A DNA stretch of 64,000 nt from Candidatus Desulfatibia vada. GTDB lineage: Bacteria > Desulfobacterota > Desulfobacteria > Desulfobacterales > UBA11574. The stretch lies in assembly GCA_014383215.1 (NCBI GenBank), contig JACNIG010000247.1, forward strand, positions 4,786 through 68,785, written 5' to 3'. How positions within the stretch are numbered: the first letter of the stretch is position 1; the number at the start of each line of letters is the position of its first letter. Position numbers and translations under genes: made by a program. This document shows positions 1 to 8,967 of the stretch, piece after piece. The notes under the pieces are model-generated. The model searched no databases. It was not told the DNA's origin and saw only the letters and a program-made list of their open reading frames with translations.

Positions 1-180
1 AGCAAACAGCAGTTTTAGTATCAGGCTATTGAATATGGTAATACCCAAATTTATGAACCACCGTTTCAATTTGGGAAGCGTGTTAGGTCGATACGGAATG
101 ATCAATTCAAAAAGCAGAAAAAAAACCAGCCCTCCGATGAACACCCCAAACCGTATCGATGCAATTTCTTCGACGGACAT
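1..180 (-). CDS. membrane protein, N-terminal 60 aa only (sterol desaturase / fatty-acid hydroxylase-like); gene runs off the window start
   Basis: My own reverse translation from the ATG at 180-178 gives MSVEEIASIRFGVFIGGLVFFLLFELIIPYRPNTLPKLKRWFINLGITIFNSLILKLLFA, open to base 1. It shows a TM helix followed by a P-x-R...RW-x-NL pattern typical of N-termini of that family. It is absent from the ORF track because it is truncated. Confidence 0.35.
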   Translation of the reverse strand, partial: MSVEEIASIRFGVFIGGLVFFLLFELIIPYRPNTLPKLKRWFINLGITIFNSLILKLLFA

Positions 181-290
181 GATGAATTTTCCAAAATTTT
201 ATTGAAGATTGAGCTGAAATATATCATATACCAGGAATGCAAGCCTGCGGTCAAACGATTACGCTCAAATGCTGCCCAAGAGGATAAGCC

Positions 291-989
291 TTGAACTCGC
301 CCGCCGATCCCAACGACCAGTGTGTCATTGTCTTTTTGAAAGTGCCCCAAAGGGTCCCGGTAAAAACAAGACTCTCCAGGTCGCTGGACCACGAGATCGT
401 CGTTAATTTATACAAAAACTTTGTATTAGACGTTCTTGGAATGCTGCAAGCCGGTCGACACACCGTTGTTATCGGCTTTTACCCTCCCCAAGCTCTGCAG
501 GAGATAACCTCATGGCTTGGCCGCGACCATGACTATCTACCGCAACAGGGAGATGATCTGGGCAAAAGGATGGAAAATGCCTTTGACAGTATTTTTCAAA
601 AGGGTTTTCGACAGGTGCTGCTTTTGGGAACCGATTTTCCGGATCTCCCCGGCAGCATTATTGATGAGGCCTTTGAAAGCTTGCATAAAAACGACGCCGT
701 CATCGGCCCGGCAGTTGACGGCGGATACTATTTGATAGGTTTCAATTCGCATTCCTTTTTGCCCGAGGTTTTTAACAAAATGCCCTGGGGATCAGATACC
801 GTATTTGAAAATACCATGACGGTTTTGGGATCAAACCGGTCCCGAATCCATGTTCTGCCGCAATGGCGCGATATTGATACCTACCAAAACCTTGAATTTT
901 TCATAAAAAGACACGCGGACAAGGGCTCGACAGCCTTAAATACCGCTGCATATCTGGCAGGTATCAAATTACATGCAATAAAACGATGA
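291..989 (+). CDS. DUF2064-family glycosyltransferase-like protein (TIGR04282-type, rSAM/selenodomain-associated transferase 1)
   Basis: 232-aa ORF with a TTG start preceded by AGAGGA. It carries the DUF2064 hallmarks VIVFLKVP..VKTRL, GDDLGKRM, LLGTDFPDL, GPAVDGGYYLIG and DIDT. The family subtype is assigned from memory and was not computed. Confidence 0.8.
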   Translation: MNSPADPNDQCVIVFLKVPQRVPVKTRLSRSLDHEIVVNLYKNFVLDVLGMLQAGRHTVVIGFYPPQALQEITSWLGRDHDYLPQQGDDLGKRMENAFDSIFQKGFRQVLLLGTDFPDLPGSIIDEAFESLHKNDAVIGPAVDGGYYLIGFNSHSFLPEVFNKMPWGSDTVFENTMTVLGSNRSRIHVLPQWRDIDTYQNLEFFIKRHADKGSTALNTAAYLAGIKLHAIKR

Positions 990-1672
990 AAAAACAGATT
1001 TCCATCATCATTCCCGTTTTCAATGAATCCCGAATCATCAATTCTACTATTGAACATCTTTATACCCTCGATTCTTCGGACACTGTTGAAATCATTGTCG
1101 TGGACGGGAGCCCACATGGGGAGACCATCAACACCGTAACCAACGCCGACGTCAAAAAGGTTCTCGGGGAAAAAAGCCGGGGACCTCAGATGAACCAGGG
1201 GGCCGCTTTAGCCAACGGCGATGTGGTACTCTTTTTACATGCCGACACCCTGCTGAGCCATGATGCTCTGGATCAAATCTTCACGGCAACCAAACAGCAC
1301 GATATCGTGGGCGGCGCGTTTGACCTGGGTATCCAGTCTGAAAAAAATATTTTTAGATTGATTGCAAAAGTGGCATCCATCCGTTCCCGCCTCACCAGAA
1401 TCCCATACGGCGACCAGGCAATTTTTCTTAAAAAACAATTTTTCGATCACATCGGTGGATTCAAGGATATCCCCATTATGGAAGATGTGGAGTTGATGCA
1501 AAGAGTAAAAAAGACCGGCAAAAAAATAAAATTTATCTCACGCAGAGTTCAAACTGACTCACGTCGGTGGGAAAAAGAAGGGATCGTATATTGTACACTG
1601 AGAAACTGGTCCATAAGAACCTTGTACTTATTGGGAGTGCCGCCGGAGAAGCTCAAGAAATTCTATTCTTAA
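986..1672 (+). CDS. family 2 glycosyltransferase (TIGR04283-type partner of the DUF2064 protein)
   Basis: 228-aa ORF whose start overlaps the upstream stop (ATGA). It has the GT2 motifs ISIIIPVFNE, IIVVDGSP and FLHADT, then PYGDQAIF and MEDVEL. Confidence 0.8.
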   Translation: MKKQISIIIPVFNESRIINSTIEHLYTLDSSDTVEIIVVDGSPHGETINTVTNADVKKVLGEKSRGPQMNQGAALANGDVVLFLHADTLLSHDALDQIFTATKQHDIVGGAFDLGIQSEKNIFRLIAKVASIRSRLTRIPYGDQAIFLKKQFFDHIGGFKDIPIMEDVELMQRVKKTGKKIKFISRRVQTDSRRWEKEGIVYCTLRNWSIRTLYLLGVPPEKLKKFYS

Positions 1673-1805
1673 AATTTTCGGACCAGCCGAGATCTCTCAA
1701 AGATCACCCAACCCGGAGCCAAGACTAATCGCGTTTGATACCCAATACGTATCAATGGCATAAAAGTGTTTTATTGCACCTTACCTATATATTGGATTTT
1801 TCAAT

Positions 1806-1835
1806 ATAAAAAGCAGGGCCATCGCTGAACCCTGC
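1806..1835 (-). terminator. rho-independent terminator downstream of HU
   Basis: On the minus strand, GCAGGG-11 nt-CCCTGC is followed by TTTTTAT, about 30 nt after the HU stop. Confidence 0.6.
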
Positions 1836-1862
1836 CTATCGAGCTTACCTACGAACAAATAA

Positions 1863-2132
1863 TTATTTCACAGCTTCCTTCAAAGCCTTTCCTGCAACAA
1901 ACTTTGGCACCTTACTTGCCGCAATATCTATCTCTTCTCCTGTCTGAGGATTTCTGCCTTTACGAGCTTTTCTTTTCGCCACCTTGAATGTGCCGAATCC
2001 AACCAATGATACAGAGTCTCCATTCTCTAATGCCTTGGTAATGCTTGAAAGAACACAGTCCACGACTGCCTGAGCATCCTTTTTGGTTTTTACAACCTTG
2101 GAAACTTCGTTGATTAAATCTCCTTTGTTCAT
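1863..2132 (-). CDS. hup: HU-family DNA-binding protein
   Basis: The ORF track gives 106 aa. The real start is probably [10 protein letters not shown] at 2132, with AAGGAG 7 nt upstream. The sequence is typical HU: [19 protein letters not shown]. Confidence 0.92.
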   Translation of the reverse strand: MNKGDLINEVSKVVKTKKDAQAVVDCVLSSITKALENGDSVSLVGFGTFKVAKRKARKGRNPQTGEEIDIAASKVPKFVAGKALKEAVK

Positions 2133-2163
2133 GTTTTTTCTCCTTTTCATTCGGTTTCTATGC

Positions 2164-2316
2164 TTATAGAGTTTCTCCTTCATTCTGGGACTGATTTGGA
2201 TTATCTTCGGCTTTTATAGTCTTTTTATCCAGTTTGTGTTGTCTTTTTTGATCTTTCTTTTCTTTCCTTACTAATTCTTTCTCACGCTTTTTAAATGAAC
2301 CACGTGATTTCGCCAT
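2164..2316 (-). CDS. possible small lysine-rich protein (50 aa), below the ORF-track cutoff
   Basis: My own translation is [50 protein letters not shown]. The ATG at 2316 abuts the IS target duplication, and the reconstructed pre-insertion sequence places GAGGTGA 5 nt upstream of it. I recognise no homology. Confidence 0.3.
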   Translation of the reverse strand: MAKSRGSFKKREKELVRKEKKDQKRQHKLDKKTIKAEDNPNQSQNEGETL

Positions 2317-2325
2317 ACTGTCACC
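2317..2325. repeat. 9-bp target-site duplication (left) of the IS256-family element
   Basis: ACTGTCACC lies directly outside the left IS end and is repeated identically at 3721-3729. Confidence 0.75.
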
Positions 2326-3720
2326 GAGTTATTGTCAAATGTTGTGTATGGCATTAGGCGGCGATCCGTTTTTCAATAATGCCGTCAACAAACTTTATTC
2401 CTCTGATTACTTCTCCAAGGCGCTCAGAATGGTGCAATCTGTTCCATCTTTTCTGAGCACAGCGACATAGCTGGAATGCCATGGTTAATACAGTTAAAGA
2501 TGAAAAACAGCTCCTGACCTTGTTCGTTCTCAGCCGGACGGTAGAAAACGTTGATTCTATCGGATTGGTCGTCCGAATATGTATCCAGTGTTCTGCCGGA
2601 AAATCGTAAAAAGTTAAAAGTACATCTCGGTCCTTTTGTAAACAGGCAGTGGCCTTGGGATATTTAGCCTCATAGGTCTGGGTAAACGCATCAAAATTAT
2701 GCTCGGCTTCAGCCTTGTTATCTGCCATCCAGATTTGATGTAATTTCTCTTTTGCCTTAGCCTGAAGGCTCTTTGGCAATTTATTTAAAACATTGGCCGT
2801 TTTGTGAACCCAGCATCTTTGCCAACGGGTTGTGTCGTATACCTTTGACAGAGCTTTCCAGAAGCCCAAAGAACCATCCCCAACGGCCAACTCTGGAGGC
2901 GTATGTAGCCCTCTGCGTTTTAGGTCGACAAGTACCTCAAGCCAGGACTGCTCGCTTTCCCGGAAGCCGCCTTCAATAGCGATCAGCTCTTTATGACCTT
3001 TATCTGTGGCACCGATAATGACCAGAAGGCATTGACGGTCATCCATGCGGACATTGCAGTATATTCCATCGACCCAGAAATAAACATAGCGCTTCTTTGA
3101 AAGATCACGCTGCTGCCACTTAACATATTCATCCTGCCAAACCGTCTTGAGCCGGCTGATGGTTGAAGCAGATAGACCCGGCGCATCTTTACCTAACAGT
3201 GCAGCCAGGGCATCGGTAAAATCTCCGGTGGAGATTCCTTTTAAATACAGCCATGGCAGGAAAGTCTCGATACTTTTGGTTTTCCTTAAATACGGCGGCA
3301 AAATGGATGAAGTGAACCTAACTCTGTCGTTGAGCGAATCAGGTTGCCGATCTCGAATACGAGGAGCCCTTACCGGAATCTGACCAATACCTGTTTGGAT
3401 CTCACGTTCCGGGAGATAGCCATTTCGTACAATTCGCTGACATCCTTTGTCATCCGATATGTCTTTGTATTGGCTTAAAAAAGTTTCTATTTCTGCTTCT
3501 AAAGCGGCGGATAAAAGGCGCCGGGCTCCTTGTCGTAAAATATCTGTAATGGGGTCATCGACAAATGGTTCTGGCTTTTTTAAATCGATTACATTATCTT
3601 TGGCCATGGTGGTGTTATCCTTTCATTTTGGTAGTTCAAAATGCCGAGCTGTTGCTTGCAAAACAATCGCTCGGAGGATACACCACCTAATCCCTTAAAC
3701 ACAACTTTTGATCATATCTC
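2326..3720 (-). mobile_element. IS256-family insertion sequence (~1395 bp), apparently intact
   Basis: It contains a single mutator-type transposase ORF. The imperfect terminal inverted repeats are GAGTTATTGTCAAATGTTGTGTATGG (left) and the reverse complement of the right end, GAGATATGATCAAAAGTTGTGTTTAAGG. It is flanked by the 9-bp direct repeat ACTGTCACC. Confidence 0.85.
2354..3607 (-). CDS. IS256-family (mutator-type) transposase
   Basis: 417 aa. The sequence is typical of IS256 transposases: ...YLPEREIQTGIG.., WVDGIY.., LLVIIGA...G.KE, RCWVHKTANVL, NPIES.F. Confidence 0.93.
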   Translation of the reverse strand: MAKDNVIDLKKPEPFVDDPITDILRQGARRLLSAALEAEIETFLSQYKDISDDKGCQRIVRNGYLPEREIQTGIGQIPVRAPRIRDRQPDSLNDRVRFTSSILPPYLRKTKSIETFLPWLYLKGISTGDFTDALAALLGKDAPGLSASTISRLKTVWQDEYVKWQQRDLSKKRYVYFWVDGIYCNVRMDDRQCLLVIIGATDKGHKELIAIEGGFRESEQSWLEVLVDLKRRGLHTPPELAVGDGSLGFWKALSKVYDTTRWQRCWVHKTANVLNKLPKSLQAKAKEKLHQIWMADNKAEAEHNFDAFTQTYEAKYPKATACLQKDRDVLLTFYDFPAEHWIHIRTTNPIESTFSTVRLRTNKVRSCFSSLTVLTMAFQLCRCAQKRWNRLHHSERLGEVIRGIKFVDGIIEKRIAA

Positions 3721-3729
3721 ACTGTCACC
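3721..3729. repeat. 9-bp target-site duplication (right) of the IS256-family element
   Basis: ACTGTCACC lies immediately outside the right IS end. Confidence 0.75.
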
Positions 3730-3764
3730 TCGTAGGCCGTTATTCTTGATAGTGATGAAAAGAA

Positions 3765-3799
3765 AAGGGCATTCCCTCAATATTAGAAGGAATGCCCTT
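3765..3799 (-). terminator. terminator hairpin downstream of csp
   Basis: AAGGGCATTCC-13 nt-GGAATGCCCTT has T-rich runs on both strands and lies about 20 nt after the csp stop. Confidence 0.6.
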
Positions 3800-3817
3800 T
3801 TTACTCAGAACATAAGG

Positions 3818-4018
3818 TTAAATCACAGTGACATTTGCAGCGGCAGGACCTTTTTGTCCTTGCTCTATATCAAAGGAAACTCGGTCGCCTTCATTGAGGG
3901 ATTTAAAACCGTCTGCATTGATTGCTGAATGATGAACAAACACATCCGGCCCGTCTTCCTGCTCAATGAAACCAAAACCCTTGCCGCTGTTAAACCATTT
4001 TACAATTCCATTCGCCAT
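3818..4018 (-). CDS. cold-shock protein (CspA family)
   Basis: 66 aa: [18 protein letters not shown]...DVFVHHSAI. The RNP1 and RNP2 motifs are present, and a long upstream leader is typical of csp genes. Confidence 0.95.
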   Translation of the reverse strand: MANGIVKWFNSGKGFGFIEQEDGPDVFVHHSAINADGFKSLNEGDRVSFDIEQGQKGPAAANVTVI

Positions 4019-4448
4019 AATGACATCCTCCTTTCAAAAATTTCTCATAGTTCCAAACTGAAGGTTGCCACTTGGGCAAATGAGTCTTGCCTTTAGAACG
4101 AAACCGGCCCGCCAATTAAGAACGGATCTTTATTGATTGGACAGATGATAACCTTTCTTTGGGACAAAAGCAAGCTAAAGCTAAGCATCGATTTTTTAAA
4201 AAAACGGAATATTTGGATTAGTTCACATCCACCATCCAAGGGGATGGTCATAGCTTGATCCGAGATTTTAAGCCGCCACAAAATCTTGAGTAGGCTGAAT
4301 CTGTAAAACCAGGCCTTCAAGTGAACATACTCATTCAGCCTTGTGCAAACCATGGTTGAAGAGCTGCGAAAAGAGGCCAAAGCATAAAATCTAAGAAGGC
4401 ACGACCTATAGCAGAACACCCCCTTTTATCGGTAGGGGCAATATTGCA

Positions 4449-4679
4449 CTAATCTATAATCTCTATGACAGCATGTTTTTTTACCTTGCCGGAAGCAGCG
4501 TTTAATATAGTCCGTATGGCTTGAACATTCCTGCCCTTTTTCCCGATAACCTTCCCAATATCCTCTTTAGCCACTTTAAGTTCTAATACCGAAACATGTT
4601 CACCCTTTATTTCTGAAATCTCTACCTGTTCAGGATTATCAACTATTGCTTGTACAATGCGCTTGATCAGGTCTTTCAT
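4449..4679 (-). CDS. KH-domain RNA-binding protein (YlqC/UPF0109-like)
   Basis: 76 aa, containing ...LELKVAKEDIGKVIGKKGRNVQAIRTIL with the GxxG KH motif. Confidence 0.85.
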   Translation of the reverse strand: MKDLIKRIVQAIVDNPEQVEISEIKGEHVSVLELKVAKEDIGKVIGKKGRNVQAIRTILNAASGKVKKHAVIEIID

Positions 4680-5001
4680 AGCTCTATCTCTTTTGTTGGC
4701 TGTGAAGAATCACAAAAATTAAGGGTAAAAAGTTCCTCTCAATTCTCCCGTGGTTTCTTCTCTAAATTTAAGATACCAAAAGAAAATCAATACATCAACA
4801 TCATTACTAAGGCTTACATGAAAGCATAAGGATATTTGGGTTTGCTAAATATATGAAAGGCTATTGAAACATTGTCCGGAAACACAACATCTTGAATCAG
4901 AAAAGGTCGGATTGGGATATGTTCTGGCAATGGTTGAACTCCGCTATCAATCGGAAAAAATAACGACATCTCTCTCCTTAATATTATAAATTTATAACGG
5001 G

Positions 5002-7143
5002 TCAGCCGCGCATCCAAGCGTGATACCGCTCCACCCAGCTAAGGAGTTTTTCCGGTGCATTGGCTTTCTTCCATTGGCCGGCGGCAAATTTGTTGGCTTC
5101 CGCCAAGGTGGGATAGATATGAATGGTCCCCAGGATTTTATTCAAGCCCAACCCGTTTTTCATGGCAAGGATATATTCCGCGATGATGTCGCTGGCATGC
5201 GTCCCGACAATAGTAACACCCAAGATTTTATCGGTGCCGGGTTTTGTCAATACCTTTACCAGACCGTGATCTTCAGAATCGGCAATAGCCCGGTCCAGAT
5301 CGTCGATACCGTAGGTTGTGACCTCATAGTCCGTGTTGGTTTCCTTGGCTTCCAGTTCATTTAAACCGACACGGGCAACCTCGGGATCCGTGTATGTGGC
5401 CCAGGGAATGACGCGGTAATCGGCCCTGAACGATTTGAATCTTCCAAACAAGGCGTTTACCGAAGCATACCATGCCTGGTGGGCGGCGGTGTGTGTAAAC
5501 TGATAGGGTCCGGCAACATCGCCGGCGCAAAAAATGTTGGGATAATTCGTTCTAAGAAATTCATCGGTCTCTATGGTACCGTTGCGCTCTATCGCAACCC
5601 CCAGCTCTTCCAGACCAAAGCCTTTGGTATTGGCTACACGACCAACGGCAACCAGAATTTCGTCAAATTCAACAGAAACATCCTCTCCGTTATAATCGCA
5701 GATCAGGGTTTTTTGATCGCCGTCAACCCGCACCTCCTTGGCGCGATGATTGGTAAGCACACGCACGCCTTCCTGCTCAAATTTATTTTTCACAAGTTCG
5801 GAGATTTCTTCATCTTCGCGCAACAGGATGCGGGGTGCCATCTCGACCTGGGAAACCTGTGCACCTAAGCGGGCAAAAGCCTGGGAAAGCTCGCAACCAA
5901 TGGGCCCGCCGCCTAAAACAACGAGCCGTCCGGGGAGTTTGCGAAGCTGCCAGACATTGTCGGAAGTCAGGTATTCGATTTTATCCAGCCCCGCAATGGG
6001 GGGAACAAAGGGGCGCGCGCCGGTAGCAACAACGATATTGCGGGTAGTAATAACCTTGCCGTTCACTTCGACGGTATAGGGTGAAGTGACCATGGCTTCA
6101 CCCTGGATGCAATCCACACCAAGTTCGGTATAACGCTCCACAGAATCGTGAGGTTCAATTTTTTTAATGATCCTCTGAACCCTCTCCATGACATCGGCAA
6201 AGTCAAATTCAATTTCACCGCGTTTAAAACCAAATTCGGCCGACCGCCTGGCATACGATAACATTTTTGCGGATCTAAGCAGTGCTTTGCTCGGTACGCA
6301 GCCGGTATTCAGGCAGTCACCCCCCATTTTGTGCTTTTCGATCAAAGCCACTTTGGCCTTTACTGCCGCTGCAATGTATGCCGTCACCAGTCCCGCCGAT
6401 CCCGCGCCGATGACTACAAGATTGTAGTCGAATTTTTGCGGGCGGGTATAGTTGGCCAATACCTGGCGTGCTTTTATAAAGGCTACAAGCTTTTTGGCTA
6501 CCAGGGGAAAAATGCCAAGCAGCACAAAAGATAACAAAATTTCGAAAGAAAGAATCCCCTTGAGCGACTCGATCTTTACTAACTGAGTGCCGGCATTGAC
6601 ATATACGAAAGTGCCGGGGAGCATACCTACCTGACTTACAATGTAAAACATAACCGTACGGATGGGGGTCAGTCCCATTACAAGATTAATGACAAAAAAC
6701 GGAAAAATAGGCACCAACCGCAATGTAAAAAGATAAAACGGCCCGTCCTTTGTAAACCTCTCGTTAACCGCTTTGAGCTTATCACCGAATTTATTTTGGA
6801 CATAATCTCTCAGCAGGAATCGGGATACCAAAAAGGCTAAGGTTGCGCCGATGGAACTTGCAAAAGAAACCATAAGCAGCCCTGTCCAGATGCCAAAAAG
6901 GGCTCCTCCTGCCAATGACATTACGGTGGCACCCGGCAGGGACAAGGCCGTGACCGCAATATACATGGCCATATAGCCACCCACCGTCAGCGCCTGATTA
7001 TTAGCATAGTAATTTTCAAACACTTGCTGTTGGGACTTCAAATGCGTTAAGGTAAGGTATTGCTGCAGGTCGAATGCATAGAAAAGGTATGCCAGCAGGA
7101 CAATCGCCAATAAAAGAATAATTTTTGACCATTTGGGTTTCAT
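5002..7143 (-). CDS. fusion of a TVP38/TMEM64 (DedA/SNARE-associated) membrane domain with an FAD-dependent pyridine nucleotide-disulfide oxidoreductase
   Basis: The ORF track gives 744 aa; the likely start is MKPKWSK at 7143. The N-terminal ~230 aa are multi-TM. These are followed by VVIGAGSAG, the redox-active GGDCLNTGCVPSK, VLGGGPIGCE and a C-terminal dimerisation domain. Confidence 0.85.
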   Translation of the reverse strand: MKPKWSKIILLLAIVLLAYLFYAFDLQQYLTLTHLKSQQQVFENYYANNQALTVGGYMAMYIAVTALSLPGATVMSLAGGALFGIWTGLLMVSFASSIGATLAFLVSRFLLRDYVQNKFGDKLKAVNERFTKDGPFYLFTLRLVPIFPFFVINLVMGLTPIRTVMFYIVSQVGMLPGTFVYVNAGTQLVKIESLKGILSFEILLSFVLLGIFPLVAKKLVAFIKARQVLANYTRPQKFDYNLVVIGAGSAGLVTAYIAAAVKAKVALIEKHKMGGDCLNTGCVPSKALLRSAKMLSYARRSAEFGFKRGEIEFDFADVMERVQRIIKKIEPHDSVERYTELGVDCIQGEAMVTSPYTVEVNGKVITTRNIVVATGARPFVPPIAGLDKIEYLTSDNVWQLRKLPGRLVVLGGGPIGCELSQAFARLGAQVSQVEMAPRILLREDEEISELVKNKFEQEGVRVLTNHRAKEVRVDGDQKTLICDYNGEDVSVEFDEILVAVGRVANTKGFGLEELGVAIERNGTIETDEFLRTNYPNIFCAGDVAGPYQFTHTAAHQAWYASVNALFGRFKSFRADYRVIPWATYTDPEVARVGLNELEAKETNTDYEVTTYGIDDLDRAIADSEDHGLVKVLTKPGTDKILGVTIVGTHASDIIAEYILAMKNGLGLNKILGTIHIYPTLAEANKFAAGQWKKANAPEKLLSWVERYHAWMRG

Positions 7144-7375
7144 ATCAACACCTGTATACCATTGTATGCTCTTTTTCTTACAATATAATAAGGCTTCACT
7201 GATAAGCAACCAGCCCGCATTTATCATAAAGGGCATTAAACAAAAAAGAAATTTTTATTTTTTACAAAACAATCAATAATGTATGCTATATTCTGGAAAA
7301 AGCAATGCTCGGCATTTAGCAGTAGTTTAAATATAATTATCGTTTAGATAATACCTTGTGAAATCAGGTGTTTTC

Positions 7376-8278
7376 ATGACCGCTCAAGTGGAGCACAAAA
7401 AAAACAGTTTTTTTCTAAGGAGCTTGTTGTGGGCTTTAGTGGCAGTTTATACCCTGGTGCTTCCCCATGTAATTTTGATCTATACTGCCATTGCAAAGCA
7501 CTTTTCGTCCGAAAATGCCGGAAAAGTTTCCATCGCATTAATTGTTCTGCTGGGAATCGCTTATTTTCTCGCGGTTCTGGTCTTGAAAAAGGGTATAAAA
7601 GCCCTGGCACTATTAGTTCCCTGTGCCATCATCGTTTGGGTTTTTATTTCCATAGAATCCAACCCGAACAAATATATCCACATCCCCGAATATATAATTA
7701 TGACGTGGCTTCTATTTGAAGTCCTTGCGCTTGATTACAAGGATAAAGGCATATTTTTCCTTGTTTTTATTTGCGCTGCTTTGCTGGGTATTGTTGATGA
7801 AATGATGCAAGGGATTATCCCGAACCGGCATTACGGCTGGCAGGATATGATCATGAACTCTGCCGCCGCCCTTATGGGGATCTTTACCCTTGCCGGCCTG
7901 AGAAAGGCACCGACGGGTGACTGGGCCTGGACCGGCGGTCTAAAAGAATTCAAGCCGGCACTGGGAATTATGGTCTTCGGAGCTGCGGGGGCCGTTTTGA
8001 CGTGTGTGTATCTGTTCGATGTTAAGGCCCTGGCCTTTCGGAACGTTTATCCCTTCTGGCTGCTGGGCTGGAACGGCCTGTTCCTAATCACAGGCTCAGT
8101 CGCTATTTTTTTTCAAAAGCGTCTTTATAAACCGATCAATCCCGGCAACGATGAGGATTCAAACCCTTACGATCAAGCAATGACGGCCCGCCTCTGGATT
8201 TTGTGCCCGCTTGTCATCCTTATCATTATACACACCTTGGTGCTCCTGACGGCTGTTGCGGGGCTACCGTTTAACTGA
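7376..8278 (+). CDS. VanZ-like integral membrane protein
   Basis: The track ORF starts at a GTG at 7358. An ATG at 7376 (MTAQVEHKK) has AGGTG upstream. The protein is multi-TM and carries the VanZ-like segment LLGIVDEMMQGIIPNRHYGWQDMIMNSAAALMG. Confidence 0.6.
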   Translation: MTAQVEHKKNSFFLRSLLWALVAVYTLVLPHVILIYTAIAKHFSSENAGKVSIALIVLLGIAYFLAVLVLKKGIKALALLVPCAIIVWVFISIESNPNKYIHIPEYIIMTWLLFEVLALDYKDKGIFFLVFICAALLGIVDEMMQGIIPNRHYGWQDMIMNSAAALMGIFTLAGLRKAPTGDWAWTGGLKEFKPALGIMVFGAAGAVLTCVYLFDVKALAFRNVYPFWLLGWNGLFLITGSVAIFFQKRLYKPINPGNDEDSNPYDQAMTARLWILCPLVILIIIHTLVLLTAVAGLPFN

Positions 8279-8281
8279 TAC

Positions 8282-8542
8282 CTAAAACCTGCATAAACTG
8301 TTCTTTAAAAGAAATTTCGATAGCAATAAAGTTGTCTTATTTTTCCTTATTTTTTTTCTCTTAGGTTTAGTTAACAGGCAATCACGATAAGAACTGACTC
8401 GGACATCGATGGAAGGCAGCTGTTTGGATTTAAAACCCATGGCCCTGCAGCCATGAGGAAAGTTTTTGTCCCAGGTGACATAGTAATGCCGGCATTTATG
8501 GCAGTCTATCTTTTTTGGCATTTTCTGAATACGATAACTCAC
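8282..8542 (-). CDS. small Cys-containing hypothetical protein
   Basis: 86 aa with CHKCRHYYVTWDKNFPHGCRAMGFKS. This resembles a small conserved family of unknown function. The start may instead be MPKK at 8521. Confidence 0.45.
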   Translation of the reverse strand: MSYRIQKMPKKIDCHKCRHYYVTWDKNFPHGCRAMGFKSKQLPSIDVRVSSYRDCLLTKPKRKKIRKNKTTLLLSKFLLKNSLCRF

Positions 8543-8967
8543 CGCCCATTCGCTTTGCTCATTAGAGCCGCAGAGAACGCAGAGTTTATCTATTTTATTG
8601 CGTCTTTGCGGTGAAAATTAAAAACGCAATCCGATTATGAAGCACCTACCCTATCACCAGTCACGATGTTCTGATTTTACCTTAATAGGGTTAGGTATCA
8701 TCAGCTTCAAAATCAGTATTCCGGATATAAAAACAAATTGAACCAGGCCCTGAAGCCTCACAAAGTCAAGAGGTATTTCCATTTGTTGTCTTCTCCTTCC
8801 GTGTAATACGTCGCAACACCCGCAGTCCCGCTTCTCGCTGTTGAGACGCTTGATATTATATCGGTAATTATGGAAAAAACTTAACCGCAATTTCTTGCCA
8901 AACTATTTTAAATTCTTTTTGGCAAATTCCGTCTAGATGTTTTGGATGGGCTGAATCGGCGGAGAGC

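Noticed and set aside
4093-4419. 108-aa minus-strand ORF upstream of csp
   Set aside because: It has no RBS, an odd hydrophobic/Cys-rich composition and no homology that I recognise. The region is better explained as the long 5' leader typical of cold-shock genes.
8654-8890. 78-aa minus-strand ORF in the gap before the GGDEF gene
   Set aside because: It has no RBS and no recognisable motif, and it is probably non-coding. The gap also contains a small CGCAGAG-word hairpin.
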